From Candidatus Eubacterium faecigallinarum (GTDB lineage Bacteria; Bacillota; Clostridia; Oscillospirales; Acutalibacteraceae), in NCBI GenBank assembly GCA_019115455.1, contig DXDN01000006.1, forward strand, positions 75,463 through 139,462: a DNA stretch of 64,000 bases, in the 5' to 3' direction. Of this stretch, positions 46,411 through 56,381 are shown piece after piece. The position numbers and the translations under genes are program-made. The notes below the pieces were generated by a model. The model ran no database searches and was not told the DNA's origin. It saw nothing but the letters and a program-made list of their open reading frames with translations. Position 1 is the stretch's first letter. The number at the start of each line of letters is the position of its first letter.

Positions 46411-47721
46411 ATGATTGATTCACCAGTAACCGCAATAATTGTCGGCGCAGGTCACAGAGCGCTTGTGTACAGCAAACTTGCGAAAACCAATCCGGAAATG
46501 CTCAAAATCGTCGGTGTTGCCGATCCCAATCCTGTAAGGCGCAAGCACTGCATGGAAGAATTCGGATTTTCCGAGGATATGTGCTTTGAATCTGCCCAGC
46601 AGCTTGCCGAAAAAGGCAAACTTGCTGACGCTGTAATTAACGGCACCATGGACGAACAGCACATCGAAACGTCGATTCCTCTTTTAAATGCAGGATATGA
46701 TATGCTTCTTGAAAAGCCCTTTGCTGTTAACGAAGAGGAAATGCGCGAACTTGTTGACTGCGTAAAAAAGAACGGCTCAAAGGTTATGATATGCCACGTA
46801 CTCAGATATACTCCGTTTTATTACGGTATCAAGGAAAGAATCGTCAGGGGTGATATCGGCGACATAATCAACATTCAAACCACCGAGCACGTTTCCTACC
46901 ACCACCTTTCCACTTCATACATAAGAGGCAAATGGGCAAATTCTGACAAGTGCCACACAACAATGCTTCTTGCAAAATGCTGCCATGATATTGACCTTAT
47001 GATGTGGTTTATGAGCGAAACAAAGCCTGTTTCCATTTGTTCCTTTGGCAGCAAGTATCAGTTTAAGCCTGAAAACGCACCAGAGGGCGCCGGAACAATT
47101 TGCATGAAAGACTGCCCGTATGTGGACACCTGCAATTTCTCAACAAAGCGTCTTTATATCGACCATCCTGACAGATGGGCATTCTATGTCTGGGACGCTC
47201 TTGAGAGCATCGACAACCCCACCATTGAGGACAAGATTGCTCTTATGAAGAGTGACAGCCCATACGCAAGGTGCATATATAAATGCGACAACAACGTAGT
47301 TGACCATCAGTCGGTTCTGGTTAATTTTGCCAGCGGAGCTACAGGTACTCACAATATGGTGGGCGGTTCTTCACAGTCACTCAGAAAGATACATATTATC
47401 GGCACTAAGGGTGAGATTTACGGTAATTTTGAAGAGTCAAAATTCTATGTATCAAAAATAGACCCGTCACCCGAAGCTCACAACGAAGAATGTGACATCG
47501 AGGAAGTAGACCTCAACGTATCCGGCGATATGGTAGGAGCATACGGCGGCCACGGCGGCGGTGATGAAAGACTTGCGGCTGATTTCGTAAAATTCATCAA
47601 AGGAGATAATCCAAGCCTCGCCTGCACATCCATATTCGATTCTGTTGCCGGTCATCTTTGCGTTTATCTTGCTGATGAATCAAGAGAAAACGGCGGAAAA
47701 CCTATTGAAGTAAAATTATAA
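46411..47721 (+). CDS. Gfo/Idh/MocA family oxidoreductase
   Basis: N-terminal Rossmann AIIVGAGHRA and an EKP motif (LLEKPFA). The start ATG at 46411 follows AGAGG. Confidence 0.8.
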   Translation: MIDSPVTAIIVGAGHRALVYSKLAKTNPEMLKIVGVADPNPVRRKHCMEEFGFSEDMCFESAQQLAEKGKLADAVINGTMDEQHIETSIPLLNAGYDMLLEKPFAVNEEEMRELVDCVKKNGSKVMICHVLRYTPFYYGIKERIVRGDIGDIINIQTTEHVSYHHLSTSYIRGKWANSDKCHTTMLLAKCCHDIDLMMWFMSETKPVSICSFGSKYQFKPENAPEGAGTICMKDCPYVDTCNFSTKRLYIDHPDRWAFYVWDALESIDNPTIEDKIALMKSDSPYARCIYKCDNNVVDHQSVLVNFASGATGTHNMVGGSSQSLRKIHIIGTKGEIYGNFEESKFYVSKIDPSPEAHNEECDIEEVDLNVSGDMVGAYGGHGGGDERLAADFVKFIKGDNPSLACTSIFDSVAGHLCVYLADESRENGGKPIEVKL

Positions 47722-47735
47722 TATAAGTACATACA

Positions 47736-47775
47736 AAAAATCCCCCGGACATTTTCCGAGGGATTTTTATTTTAT
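47736..47775. terminator. Bidirectional terminator between the oxidoreductase and mnmA genes
   Basis: Stem aaaaatccc...gggattttt with flanking A and T runs. Confidence 0.65.
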
Positions 47776-47790
47776 TAACATTAAACAATA

Positions 47791-48828
47791 TCAGTCAATT
47801 ATACCGCCGCCGATAACAGTATCACCGATATAAAGTACCGCAGACTGTCCTTTTGTAACGGCACGCTGAGAAACGTCAAATACAATTTTAACTTTGTCAG
47901 CGCTGATCTTATATGCCGTTGCAGGCTGCTCTTTCATATTGTATCTGACTTTTGCAAGGCACTTTATCTCTGAATCGGGGTCAGGAATAAGCCAATTGAA
48001 ATCTGAAGCGATTAGCTCCCTGGTAAAAAGCTCGTCATTATCACCCAAAACAACAGCATTTTTATCTGCAAGTTTATCAACAACATAAACAGGTTTGCCA
48101 AAGGCTATTCTGAGTCCTTTACGCTGACCGACAGTATACCTTATAATTCCGTTATGCCTGCCGAGAACATTGCCGTCTTTGTCAATAAAATCGCCGCTCG
48201 GGCATACTTTTCCTCTGTAGGATTCAATAAATGAAGCATAATCGCCGTCGGGAACAAAACAGATATCTTGGCTGTCCTTTTTATTGGCATTTAAAAAGCC
48301 CTGCTCTGACGCGATTTCTCTGATTTGAGATTTTGTATATTCACCTAAAGGAAAAAGTGTGTGCTTAAGCTGATGCTGGGTCAGCGAATAAAGTACATAG
48401 CTTTGGTCTTTATCGCAGTCAGCAGCCTTTTTTAAATAATACCAGCCATTTTCGCATGATATTCTGGCGTAATGACCTGTTGCCACATAGTCGGCAAAAA
48501 GCTTTTCCGCCTCGTCAAGCATCATTTTAAATTTTAAATAACGGTTACAAACAATACAGGGATTAGGAGTACCTCCTGCCTCATATGTTTTAACAAAGTT
48601 TTCGATTACCTTTTCTTTGAACTCGTTTCTGAAATCAAATACATAGTAATCCATACCCAGCCGTTCGGCGACGTTTTTTGCGTCACGAATACTGTTAGAT
48701 TCACTGCCTTCCTGTTCATAAAGGCGCATTGTGGCGCCTGTGCAGGAATAACCTTCTTTTATAAGCAGATAAGCCGCTACGCTGGAATCAACGCCTCCGC
48801 TCATTGCAACAATAACTTTTTTGCTCAT
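47791..48828 (-). CDS. mnmA: tRNA 2-thiouridine(34) synthase
   Basis: PP-loop VAMSGGVDSSVAA, a CNR..KF motif region (PCIVCNRYLKF), and TGHYAR. Confidence 0.9.
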   Translation of the reverse strand: MSKKVIVAMSGGVDSSVAAYLLIKEGYSCTGATMRLYEQEGSESNSIRDAKNVAERLGMDYYVFDFRNEFKEKVIENFVKTYEAGGTPNPCIVCNRYLKFKMMLDEAEKLFADYVATGHYARISCENGWYYLKKAADCDKDQSYVLYSLTQHQLKHTLFPLGEYTKSQIREIASEQGFLNANKKDSQDICFVPDGDYASFIESYRGKVCPSGDFIDKDGNVLGRHNGIIRYTVGQRKGLRIAFGKPVYVVDKLADKNAVVLGDNDELFTRELIASDFNWLIPDPDSEIKCLAKVRYNMKEQPATAYKISADKVKIVFDVSQRAVTKGQSAVLYIGDTVIGGGIID

Positions 48829-48841
48829 TATTAACAACCCT

Positions 48842-49753
48842 TTAACCGAGTCTTATCATCTCGTCAATACATCTTTTGGCGCCCAAATAAATATTTTCGT
48901 CGAGAACTATCTCTTCGCCGAATTCTCCCTTGCAGCAATTAAGCACGTCAACAAGCGTTGTTGATTTCATATCAGTGCAGATGCAGTCATTAGAAAGCGG
49001 ATAGAACTTTTTGTCAGTACACTCAAGCTGCAAATGCTCAACAATACTGTTCTCCGTACCGATTATAAATTCCTTGGCATTGCTGTTTCTTGCATAATTC
49101 ATTATTCCCGTGGTTGAGCCTGCGTAATCAGCAAGGGAGCAAACCTCCGCTTTGCACTCAGGGTGAACAAGAAGCTGAGCACCAGGATGAAGGCTCTTGG
49201 CTTTTGACACGTCATCGGCGGACAATTTTGCGTGAACCGGACAGCAGCCATCAAGGAGTTTAAAATTCTTTTCAGGTATCTGCTTTGCAATCCAGCTTCC
49301 TAAATTTCTGTCGGGAATAAAAAGAATATTATCATTTTCAATCTTACGGCAAATCTTAAGCGCTGATGATGAGGTTACGCATACGTCGCATACAGTCTTA
49401 AGTTCGCTGGTGGTATTTATGTAAGCCACCACGGCGTAATCGGGATACTGGGATTTAACCTCCCTGATATAGTCGATATCCATCATCTCAGCCATGGGAC
49501 AGCCTGCCGACGGATTTGACAGAATTACCTTTTTATCAGGAGAAAGTATTTTGACCGTCTCCGCCATAAATCTTACTCCGCACATTATGACAGTGCTGTT
49601 CTCCACCTCGGAAGCTTTAACGGAGAGCGCAAACGAATCACCTGTAAAATCAGCAATCTCAAGTATTTCCGGCGACTGATAGCAATGCGCAAGGATGCAA
49701 ATGTCATTCTCTTTCTTAAGCTTTAATATCTCACTTTGTACTTCCCTTAGCAT
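48842..49753 (-). CDS. nadA: Quinolinate synthase
   Basis: 303 aa with AHCYQ, the conserved Cys ligand contexts (GCPMA, CPVH-like CCPVHA, HPEC), and NadA length. Confidence 0.85.
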   Translation of the reverse strand: MLREVQSEILKLKKENDICILAHCYQSPEILEIADFTGDSFALSVKASEVENSTVIMCGVRFMAETVKILSPDKKVILSNPSAGCPMAEMMDIDYIREVKSQYPDYAVVAYINTTSELKTVCDVCVTSSSALKICRKIENDNILFIPDRNLGSWIAKQIPEKNFKLLDGCCPVHAKLSADDVSKAKSLHPGAQLLVHPECKAEVCSLADYAGSTTGIMNYARNSNAKEFIIGTENSIVEHLQLECTDKKFYPLSNDCICTDMKSTTLVDVLNCCKGEFGEEIVLDENIYLGAKRCIDEMIRLG

Positions 49754-49784
49754 GGTATTCCCTCTTTTAATTATTAATATAATT

Positions 49785-49813
49785 AATATATCAGCAAACT
49801 TAATTTTTGTAAA
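49785..49813 (-). promoter_or_regulatory. Sigma-A type promoter for nadA
   Basis: Minus strand reads TTTACA - 17 nt - TATATT. Confidence 0.5.
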
Positions 49814-49882
49814 GTATTGATTTGTGGAATTGAAAACTTAGTGTAAACAGTTTAACAAATATATTACAGAAATATTGAAATG

Positions 49883-49891
49883 TGATATAAT
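49883..49891 (+). promoter_or_regulatory. Extended -10 element (TGaTATAAT) for the YitT-family gene
   Basis: TGATATAAT lies 31 nt upstream of the ATG. The -35 is only weak (TTACAG). Confidence 0.4.
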
Positions 49892-49921
49892 AATTTCAGT
49901 ATTATTTAAAGGGGACGACTG

Positions 49922-50812
49922 ATGAAGATAATTAAAAATTTAAAGATTAAAAATTTCATTATTCTGTTTTTCGCAGGTATTATAAATGCAATCGGCGTAA
50001 CAATGTTTTTGCAGCCTGTTAAGTTATACGACAGCGGAATTTCCGGCACGTCAATGCTTCTTGACATAGTAACGCCGGACTTTCTGTCGCTTTCAATTTT
50101 TCTTGTGGTGCTGAACATACCGATATTCCTCTTCGGATTAAAGAAACAGGGCGTTGAATTTACGATATACGCAATTTTTACAGTCGTGATTTACTCCATA
50201 AGCGCATGGCTGATAACCGACATATTGCCTATAGACGTCAGCACCGTGTCGCCGCTTGCAAAATCGGACTTATTCTTATGCGCAATCTTCGGCGGTGTTA
50301 TATCGGGAATAGGCAGCGGTCTTGCTGTCAGGTACGGAGGAGCTATGGACGGAATAGAAGTTCTTGCAGTTATCTTCGCAAAAAAGCTCAGCCTCACAGT
50401 CGGCACGTTCGTTATGATATATAATGTGATACTTTACATTATCTGCGGCATTGTTATTCAAAGCTGGATACTCCCCCTCTATTCCATAGTAACATATATT
50501 GCCGCACTCAAAGTTATAGATTATATTATTGAGGGATTTGACCGCTCGAAATCCGCTATAATAATAACAACCAAGCAAGAGGAAATATGCGAAAAGCTCT
50601 CCCTTACATTTGAAAACGGTATAACCTTTATGAATGCCAAGGGCTACTACTCGGACTCAGACAAAACGCTGATTTATTTTGTTTTAAACAGATTTCAGGT
50701 GGGTAAGATGCGTGAAATAGTCCACTCCATAGACCCAAACGCATATATTTCAATTTCAGAGGTAGCTGACATATTCGGCTCTGACCAGGTAAAAACCGAA
50801 ACAAACAAATAA
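49922..50812 (+). CDS. YitT family membrane protein (DUF161 repeats plus C-terminal DUF2179)
   Basis: 296 aa, five or six TM helices, and a C-terminal soluble domain with the pattern typical of YitT/YpjC proteins. Confidence 0.75.
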   Translation: MKIIKNLKIKNFIILFFAGIINAIGVTMFLQPVKLYDSGISGTSMLLDIVTPDFLSLSIFLVVLNIPIFLFGLKKQGVEFTIYAIFTVVIYSISAWLITDILPIDVSTVSPLAKSDLFLCAIFGGVISGIGSGLAVRYGGAMDGIEVLAVIFAKKLSLTVGTFVMIYNVILYIICGIVIQSWILPLYSIVTYIAALKVIDYIIEGFDRSKSAIIITTKQEEICEKLSLTFENGITFMNAKGYYSDSDKTLIYFVLNRFQVGKMREIVHSIDPNAYISISEVADIFGSDQVKTETNK

Positions 50813-50816
50813 AAAA

Positions 50817-50850
50817 TAAAAGACATTTCGTTTGAAACGAAATGCCTTTT
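50817..50850. terminator. Bidirectional terminator between the YitT-family gene and cysK
   Basis: Stem catttcgt/acgaaatg flanked by aaaa and tttt runs. Confidence 0.6.
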
Positions 50851-50853
50851 ATT

Positions 50854-51780
50854 TTATGAAAACATTGGTGTGGAAAGATATCTGTCACCTGTATCCGGTA
50901 GCAGCACAACTATTGTCTTGCCGCTGTTTTCGGGTCTTTGTGCCAGTGTTTTTGCCGCCCACAGAGCAGCTCCGCTTGATATGCCAACGAGCACGCCCTC
51001 GCATTTGGCAAATTCCCTGCCCGTTTCAAACGCGGCATCATCCTCAACAGTCATTATCTCATCACAAACGGTGATATCCAATGTATCGGGAACAAAGCCT
51101 GCGCCGATTCCCTGAATTTTATGAGGTCCTGCCTTTCCCTCAGAAAGAACAGGCGAGCCGGCAGGTTCAACTGCAACGATTTTGATATTCGGGTTCTTGC
51201 TCTTAAGATATTTGCCGACGCCGGAAACGGTGCCGCCTGTGCCTGCACCTGCCACGAAAATGTCTACCTTGCCGTCGGTATCATCCCAAATTTCAACACC
51301 TGTGGTTTTAAAATGTGTGAGAGGGTTTACAGGATTTGTAAACTGTCCGGGTATAAAGGAGTTTTCTATTTTTGCTGCAAGTTCATCAGCCTTTTCAATA
51401 GCGCCCTTCATTCCCTTTGCTCCGTCAGTAAGCACGAGCTCCGCGCCGTATGCCTTTAAAATATTGCGCCTTTCAACGCTCATTGTCACCGGCATAGTAA
51501 TAATTATTCTGTAGCCCTTGGCGGCTGCCACGCTGGCAAGTCCGATTCCTGTATTGCCGCTGGTGGGCTCAATGATAACCGAGCCTTTTTTTAATATTCC
51601 TTTTTTCTCGGCGTCCTCAATTATCGCCTTGGCAATTCTGTCCTTGACCGAACCGGCGGGATTAAAATATTCAAGCTTGGCAAGAATTTTGGCATTAACT
51701 TCATTCTTGGCTGAAAAATTGCTTATTTCCACAAGCGGCGTGTTACCCACAAGCTCAATAGCTGATTTGTAAATCCGCAT
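50854..51780 (-). CDS. cysK: Cysteine synthase A (O-acetylserine sulfhydrylase)
   Basis: GNTPLV, the PLP-lysine region NPAGSVKDR, TSGNTG and GTGGT. The start ATG at 51780 lies 8 nt after GGAGG. Confidence 0.9.
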   Translation of the reverse strand: MRIYKSAIELVGNTPLVEISNFSAKNEVNAKILAKLEYFNPAGSVKDRIAKAIIEDAEKKGILKKGSVIIEPTSGNTGIGLASVAAAKGYRIIITMPVTMSVERRNILKAYGAELVLTDGAKGMKGAIEKADELAAKIENSFIPGQFTNPVNPLTHFKTTGVEIWDDTDGKVDIFVAGAGTGGTVSGVGKYLKSKNPNIKIVAVEPAGSPVLSEGKAGPHKIQGIGAGFVPDTLDITVCDEIMTVEDDAAFETGREFAKCEGVLVGISSGAALWAAKTLAQRPENSGKTIVVLLPDTGDRYLSTPMFS

Positions 51781-51841
51781 AATCAAATCCTCCGTAATAC
51801 TGCATACATGATATTATTCTCAAATTAAGCAAGAAAATACG

Positions 51842-52864
51842 TCACTGAACATTCATAAACGAGCGATAAATTTTTTCAACATCTTCATAATCAAATTTCA
51901 TCGGATGATTGCTCATTCTTTCAATATTAACTCCGCTGACACACTCTTCAAGCTGTGACTTCGTAAGCGTCAGATCATCGCAGAGTCCAAACTCTTTAAG
52001 CATTTTTGAAAGTGATTCAGGTGTAAATCCGCTTATTATCTGAGTTTCGGCAAGAAGTATCTCCAGTTCTGCCGTGGGGCAGTTTTCAAGCATATACTGC
52101 CATATGTACGCAAGGCAAAGAGCCACTGCCTGTCCGTGAGAATAACCCTTAAGCTTATGAAGCTTATAGCTCATAGCGTGGGGAGCGGCAGTTCTTGCAA
52201 TATTTATCGCCTTGCCGGCAAGCTCACTGCACCTCATCATAGGTTCATAAGAAGCCTTGTCATCATCAAGATATTTACTGTACCATTTATTAAAAAGTTC
52301 CAGAGACTCGGCAGAATATTCCCTGCTCTCATCTGTTGCGTTAAGGGACCAATATGCCTCGATGCTGTGGGAAAAAGCGTCAAGTCCCGTAACTATACGC
52401 TGATAATGAGGAAGCGATGCAAGAGTGCTGTAATCAAAAACAGCGTAGTCAGGTATTATATCATAACTGCTGACAGATTCCTTGTCGCCGTTATTATAAA
52501 GTACCGCAAAGCGAGTAACCTCAGCCCCTGTTCCTGCTGTGGTAGGAACGGCAAGGATATTAACATCTGATTCAGCAAAAAGTTTAATCGCCTTTGCCAC
52601 GTCCATGGCGCTGCCGCCGCCAACGGTTACTATAAAATCACAATTCTCATTTTTAAAAAGTTCAGTGCCTTTTTTAACAGATGACACCTCAGGGCACGAC
52701 TCAAAATCACTAAATGCGGCGCAATCAATATTCATTGAGTCAATGGCGCTGCGATAACCGTATCTGTCATGGTCATTGCTGGCGACGAAGAGTATCTTTT
52801 TTGGATTTTCTTTTTCTATGATATCTTTAAACTGAGAAATAAATTTTTCGTTATCGTATTTCAT
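51842..52864 (-). CDS. Iron-containing (group III) alcohol dehydrogenase family protein
   Basis: GGGSAMDVAK, PTTAGTGAE, and His-rich metal-site contexts (DAFSHSIE, HAMSY, HGQAVA). Substrate is unknown. Confidence 0.75.
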   Translation of the reverse strand: MKYDNEKFISQFKDIIEKENPKKILFVASNDHDRYGYRSAIDSMNIDCAAFSDFESCPEVSSVKKGTELFKNENCDFIVTVGGGSAMDVAKAIKLFAESDVNILAVPTTAGTGAEVTRFAVLYNNGDKESVSSYDIIPDYAVFDYSTLASLPHYQRIVTGLDAFSHSIEAYWSLNATDESREYSAESLELFNKWYSKYLDDDKASYEPMMRCSELAGKAINIARTAAPHAMSYKLHKLKGYSHGQAVALCLAYIWQYMLENCPTAELEILLAETQIISGFTPESLSKMLKEFGLCDDLTLTKSQLEECVSGVNIERMSNHPMKFDYEDVEKIYRSFMNVQ

Positions 52865-52868
52865 AAAA

Positions 52869-53759
52869 TCACTTCACAATCTTGCAGCCCTTTGACACCG
52901 GTACGGTAATACAGATATCGGCTGCATATTTTTCAACGCCTGCCGCGGCGTTTTCTGCCTTTTGCTTATCGTCAAAAATACCGAAAACAGTCGGCCCGCT
53001 GCCGCTCATACAAACTCCGAGAGCGCCGTTCTCCCTCATAACGCTCTTAATATCAACTTTGTTCGGGACATCGATAAACTGTTCAAAAACATTTTCCATT
53101 CTTGAAGCGATATCGGCAAGGTCCCTGCTCTGCATAGCATAAAGCATACCGAGCTTATCCGGTGTGTGAGTCTTGCCGCACTCGTCAAACTGCTTATAGG
53201 CATATGCCGTATTTACGCCGACATCAGGCTTTGCAATAAGAATATAGCACTTTCTGAGCGGATTAACCTTATTGAGCACGTCACCGATACCCTGGGCAAG
53301 AAGTGTGCCGCCCTTTATGCAAAACGGAACATCAGCTCCGATTTTAACTCCGATACTGCAAAGCTCATCATCAGTAAGATTTGCGCCAGTCAGCTCATTA
53401 AGCGCCACAAGGACGCCTGCCCCGTCAGCACTTCCGCCAGCCATTCCAGCCGCGTGAGGAATACGCTTAACAATATCAATATTAATCCCCTTATTCTTTA
53501 TCTTAGTGTGCTTAAAGAAAGCGTCCGCCGCTTTATAGGCAATATTTTTTTCATCAAGCGGGATATCATCAATGTTGCAGGTAATGGTTATTTTCTTTGA
53601 CTTAGTTTCTGTTACTGTAATGGTATCATAAAGACCAATACTCTGCATTATCATAAACAGATCGTGATAGCCGTCAGTTCTCCCGCCAACTATGTCAAGC
53701 ATTAGGTTTATTTTTGCATATGCTTTAACTTTTACTTTAATTTCCTCTGTTATCATCAT
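52869..53759 (-). CDS. ispE: 4-diphosphocytidyl-2-C-methyl-D-erythritol kinase
   Basis: AYAKINL.LDI.G.R.DGYH and the GHMP motif P.AAGMAGGSADGA. The second ATG (53756) has better SD spacing. Confidence 0.9.
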   Translation of the reverse strand: MMITEEIKVKVKAYAKINLMLDIVGGRTDGYHDLFMIMQSIGLYDTITVTETKSKKITITCNIDDIPLDEKNIAYKAADAFFKHTKIKNKGINIDIVKRIPHAAGMAGGSADGAGVLVALNELTGANLTDDELCSIGVKIGADVPFCIKGGTLLAQGIGDVLNKVNPLRKCYILIAKPDVGVNTAYAYKQFDECGKTHTPDKLGMLYAMQSRDLADIASRMENVFEQFIDVPNKVDIKSVMRENGALGVCMSGSGPTVFGIFDDKQKAENAAAGVEKYAADICITVPVSKGCKIVK

Positions 53760-54933
53760 CTTCTCCGAGTTCTTTAATAAATTCTCCTATTCGTCTGACT
53801 GCTTCCTTTATATTGTCAATTGAGTAGCAATAAGACACCCTGATAAATCCTTCGCCGCAGTCACCAAACGCATTGCCGGGCACTACTGCCACACGCTTGC
53901 TCATAATAAGCTTTTCGCAGAATTCTTCCGACGACAGCCCTGTGGACTTGATGCACGGAAATACATAAAAAGCGCCCTCAGGCTCAAAACAGTCAAGCCC
54001 GATTTCCCTAAACGCATTAACTGTGTATCTGCGTCTCATGTCATATTCGCCGAGCATCTTCTCAATATCGTTGTCGCCGTTTCTCAGGGCTTCTATTGCG
54101 GCATACTGGGAATTAGTCGGTGCGGACATTATGGCAAACTGATGAAGCTTTGTCATTTGCTTAATAACAGGCTCAGGTCCGAGAGCGTATCCGAGACGCC
54201 AGCCTGTCATAGAATAAGTCTTTGAAAAGCCGTTAATAACAACTGTTCTTTCCTGCATTCCCGTTATCGAGGCAATGGAAATATGCCTTTGATCGCCGTA
54301 GGTAAGCTCGCTGTAAATCTCGTCTGACAATACGAAAATATCGTTAGCCTTTAAAACACGTGATATAGCTACCAAATCATCCTTACGCATAACGGCGCCG
54401 GTGGGATTATTCGGAAACGGAAGCACAAGCAGCTTAGTTTTGTCTGTAACGGCATTTTTGATTTCATCAGCCGTGAGTCTGAAATTGTTTTCGTTCTTAG
54501 TTTCAATAACAACGGGCACGCCGCCGCACATCTCCACTATAGGCTTATAACAAACAAACGATGGCTCAACGATAAGAACCTCATCCCCAGGGCTTACAAG
54601 GGTGCGTATACACATATCAATACCCTCTGAGCCTCCGACCGTTACAAGCACTTCCCCTGCCGGGTCATAATCAATATGATATTTGTTGCTGTAAAAAGCC
54701 GCAATTTCCTTTCTGAGCTCTAAGAGACCGGCGTTAGCTGTATATCTTGTACTGCCCCTCTCCAGGGTTTCAATACCCTTTCTCCTTATATGCCAGGGAG
54801 TAAGAAAATCAGGTTCACCCACGCCAAGAGAAATAACATTATCCATTTCCTCGGCAATGGAAAAGAATTTTCTGATTCCGCTGGGTTTTACATTAAGTAT
54901 ATTGCGGTTTAAAAACTTATTATAGTCTATCAA
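53737..54933 (-). CDS. Class I/II PLP-dependent aminotransferase
   Basis: KPSGIRKF N-terminus, NPTG, and the SFSKTYSMTGWRLGY lysine motif. The TTG start overlaps the stop of the upstream Lrp-family gene (TTGA). Confidence 0.85.
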   Translation of the reverse strand: MIDYNKFLNRNILNVKPSGIRKFFSIAEEMDNVISLGVGEPDFLTPWHIRRKGIETLERGSTRYTANAGLLELRKEIAAFYSNKYHIDYDPAGEVLVTVGGSEGIDMCIRTLVSPGDEVLIVEPSFVCYKPIVEMCGGVPVVIETKNENNFRLTADEIKNAVTDKTKLLVLPFPNNPTGAVMRKDDLVAISRVLKANDIFVLSDEIYSELTYGDQRHISIASITGMQERTVVINGFSKTYSMTGWRLGYALGPEPVIKQMTKLHQFAIMSAPTNSQYAAIEALRNGDNDIEKMLGEYDMRRRYTVNAFREIGLDCFEPEGAFYVFPCIKSTGLSSEEFCEKLIMSKRVAVVPGNAFGDCGEGFIRVSYCYSIDNIKEAVRRIGEFIKELGEDDDNRGN

Positions 54934-55409
54934 AGGGAAATGTTCCCCCTGTCGTCCTTAACAGGTTCTGAAAAAAGAACACCCTGTTCCTTGTATTTTT
55001 TAAGAATAAAGTGAGTTGCAGTCGACATAACGCTTTCCATAGGGGCAAGACGGCTGGCAACGAAGAGCGCAACCTCCTGAAACGATTTGTCGGTAACCAT
55101 ACAGCACAAATCAAATCCGCCGCTCATAAGATATACGCTCTCAACCTCTTCAAGGCTTGATATCTGCTGAGCAACCTCATCAAAACCGTGCTCAAATTTT
55201 GGATGGACTTTTATTTCTATAAGAGCAGTTACTGTTTGTGCCTGAGCCTTATCCTTGTCAATCATGGCACGGTAGCCTTTTATTACTCCCGTGTCCTCAT
55301 AAAGTCGTATTTTTTCCTCGACTTCCTTTTCGTCAATGCCGAGCATTACAGCAATTTCTTTGTTTGAAAGACGGGGATTTTTCTCAATAAGATTAAGAAG
55401 CTTATCCAT
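54930..55409 (-). CDS. Lrp/AsnC family transcriptional regulator
   Basis: 159 aa; an N-terminal HTH (LSNKEIAVMLGI) and a C-terminal RAM/AsnC ligand-binding domain. Confidence 0.85.
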   Translation of the reverse strand: MDKLLNLIEKNPRLSNKEIAVMLGIDEKEVEEKIRLYEDTGVIKGYRAMIDKDKAQAQTVTALIEIKVHPKFEHGFDEVAQQISSLEEVESVYLMSGGFDLCCMVTDKSFQEVALFVASRLAPMESVMSTATHFILKKYKEQGVLFSEPVKDDRGNISL

Positions 55410-55422
55410 AAATCAAATTACC

Positions 55423-56241
55423 TCATTCAATATTTACCAGCACAGGCTGATGATTTTTATATACAGTTATACTGCGAAAACCGCAGTCATATGCAATTTT
55501 TATGCCGGAGTCAATGCCCTGCCCGACTCTGTTAGCATAATGGGAATCCGAGCCTACAGTTATATATTCTCCGCCCATTTCCCTGAAACGCTTAACATAG
55601 CTGATATTCGGCAGAGTGTCCTGCATTTCCATAAAAAGACCTGAAGTATTAATTTCAAGGGCTTTTTTATTTTTAACAAGGGATTCGAGTATACTGTCAA
55701 TAACATCAGAGAATTTTGACATATCAACGTCAATATGCTCGGTAGCAACAATATACCTTAACGGGTAGGTCAGATGAGCAAGGGAGTCAAAGGCTCCCCA
55801 CTCGCACAGCTCAAGAAGACCGTCAAAATAATGTGTGAGAAGATCGTAGACATCGTATTCGGAATAATTAAGGAAGCAAAAATCCTCCATATTCTCAAGA
55901 TTGTGAAGAGAACCGAGAATGAAATCATAATCATAGTTATCAAGTATTTTTTCAGTTCGTTCTCTGCGGTAAATACCCTGTCCGATTTCAAGACCTCTGA
56001 GGACGCTGAGCTTACCTGCGTATTTATCACGTGCCTCAGTCACCGCCTGCAACTGAGAGGAGCAAAGCTTCTCCTCGTCCATATCGGCGCCGTCGATATC
56101 ACAGTGGTCAGTTATCGCCAAAAATTCAATTCCTTTTTCAGCGGCACTGCTGCAAAGCTCATCGCAGCTGTCGTTGCCGTCGAAGCTGAAAATACTGTGC
56201 GTATGCATGTCAGCAATTTTTTTATATTCCAATTTTAACAT
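55423..56241 (-). CDS. PHP-domain phosphatase, HisJ (histidinol-phosphatase) family
   Basis: DMHTHS..FS.DG, AITDH, LGSLH and GSDSH metal-binding motifs. Confidence 0.75.
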   Translation of the reverse strand: MLKLEYKKIADMHTHSIFSFDGNDSCDELCSSAAEKGIEFLAITDHCDIDGADMDEEKLCSSQLQAVTEARDKYAGKLSVLRGLEIGQGIYRRERTEKILDNYDYDFILGSLHNLENMEDFCFLNYSEYDVYDLLTHYFDGLLELCEWGAFDSLAHLTYPLRYIVATEHIDVDMSKFSDVIDSILESLVKNKKALEINTSGLFMEMQDTLPNISYVKRFREMGGEYITVGSDSHYANRVGQGIDSGIKIAYDCGFRSITVYKNHQPVLVNIE

Positions 56242-56381
56242 TTCCTTTTCTTAATTTAAAACACAAGTATTTTATCACATATTGAAAAAAAATAAAATAT
56301 ATTTATCTACTTTATTGAAAAAAGTTTATCTCTCTGTTATAATTTTGACAGTTTAATTAATTGTTTATCGGAGGCTTTATT

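Noticed and set aside
49754-49921. A possible NAD+ riboswitch (nadA motif) in the nadA upstream region
   Set aside because: With the predicted promoter, the nadA 5' UTR is only about 25 nt and very AT-rich, which is too short for a riboswitch aptamer. As far as I recall, the nadA motif is also not a Firmicutes element.
51787-51841. A T-box or other leader upstream of cysK
   Set aside because: Only 55-61 nt separate cysK from the upstream Fe-ADH stop, too short for a T-box (about 200 nt or more), and no specifier or T-box sequence is seen.
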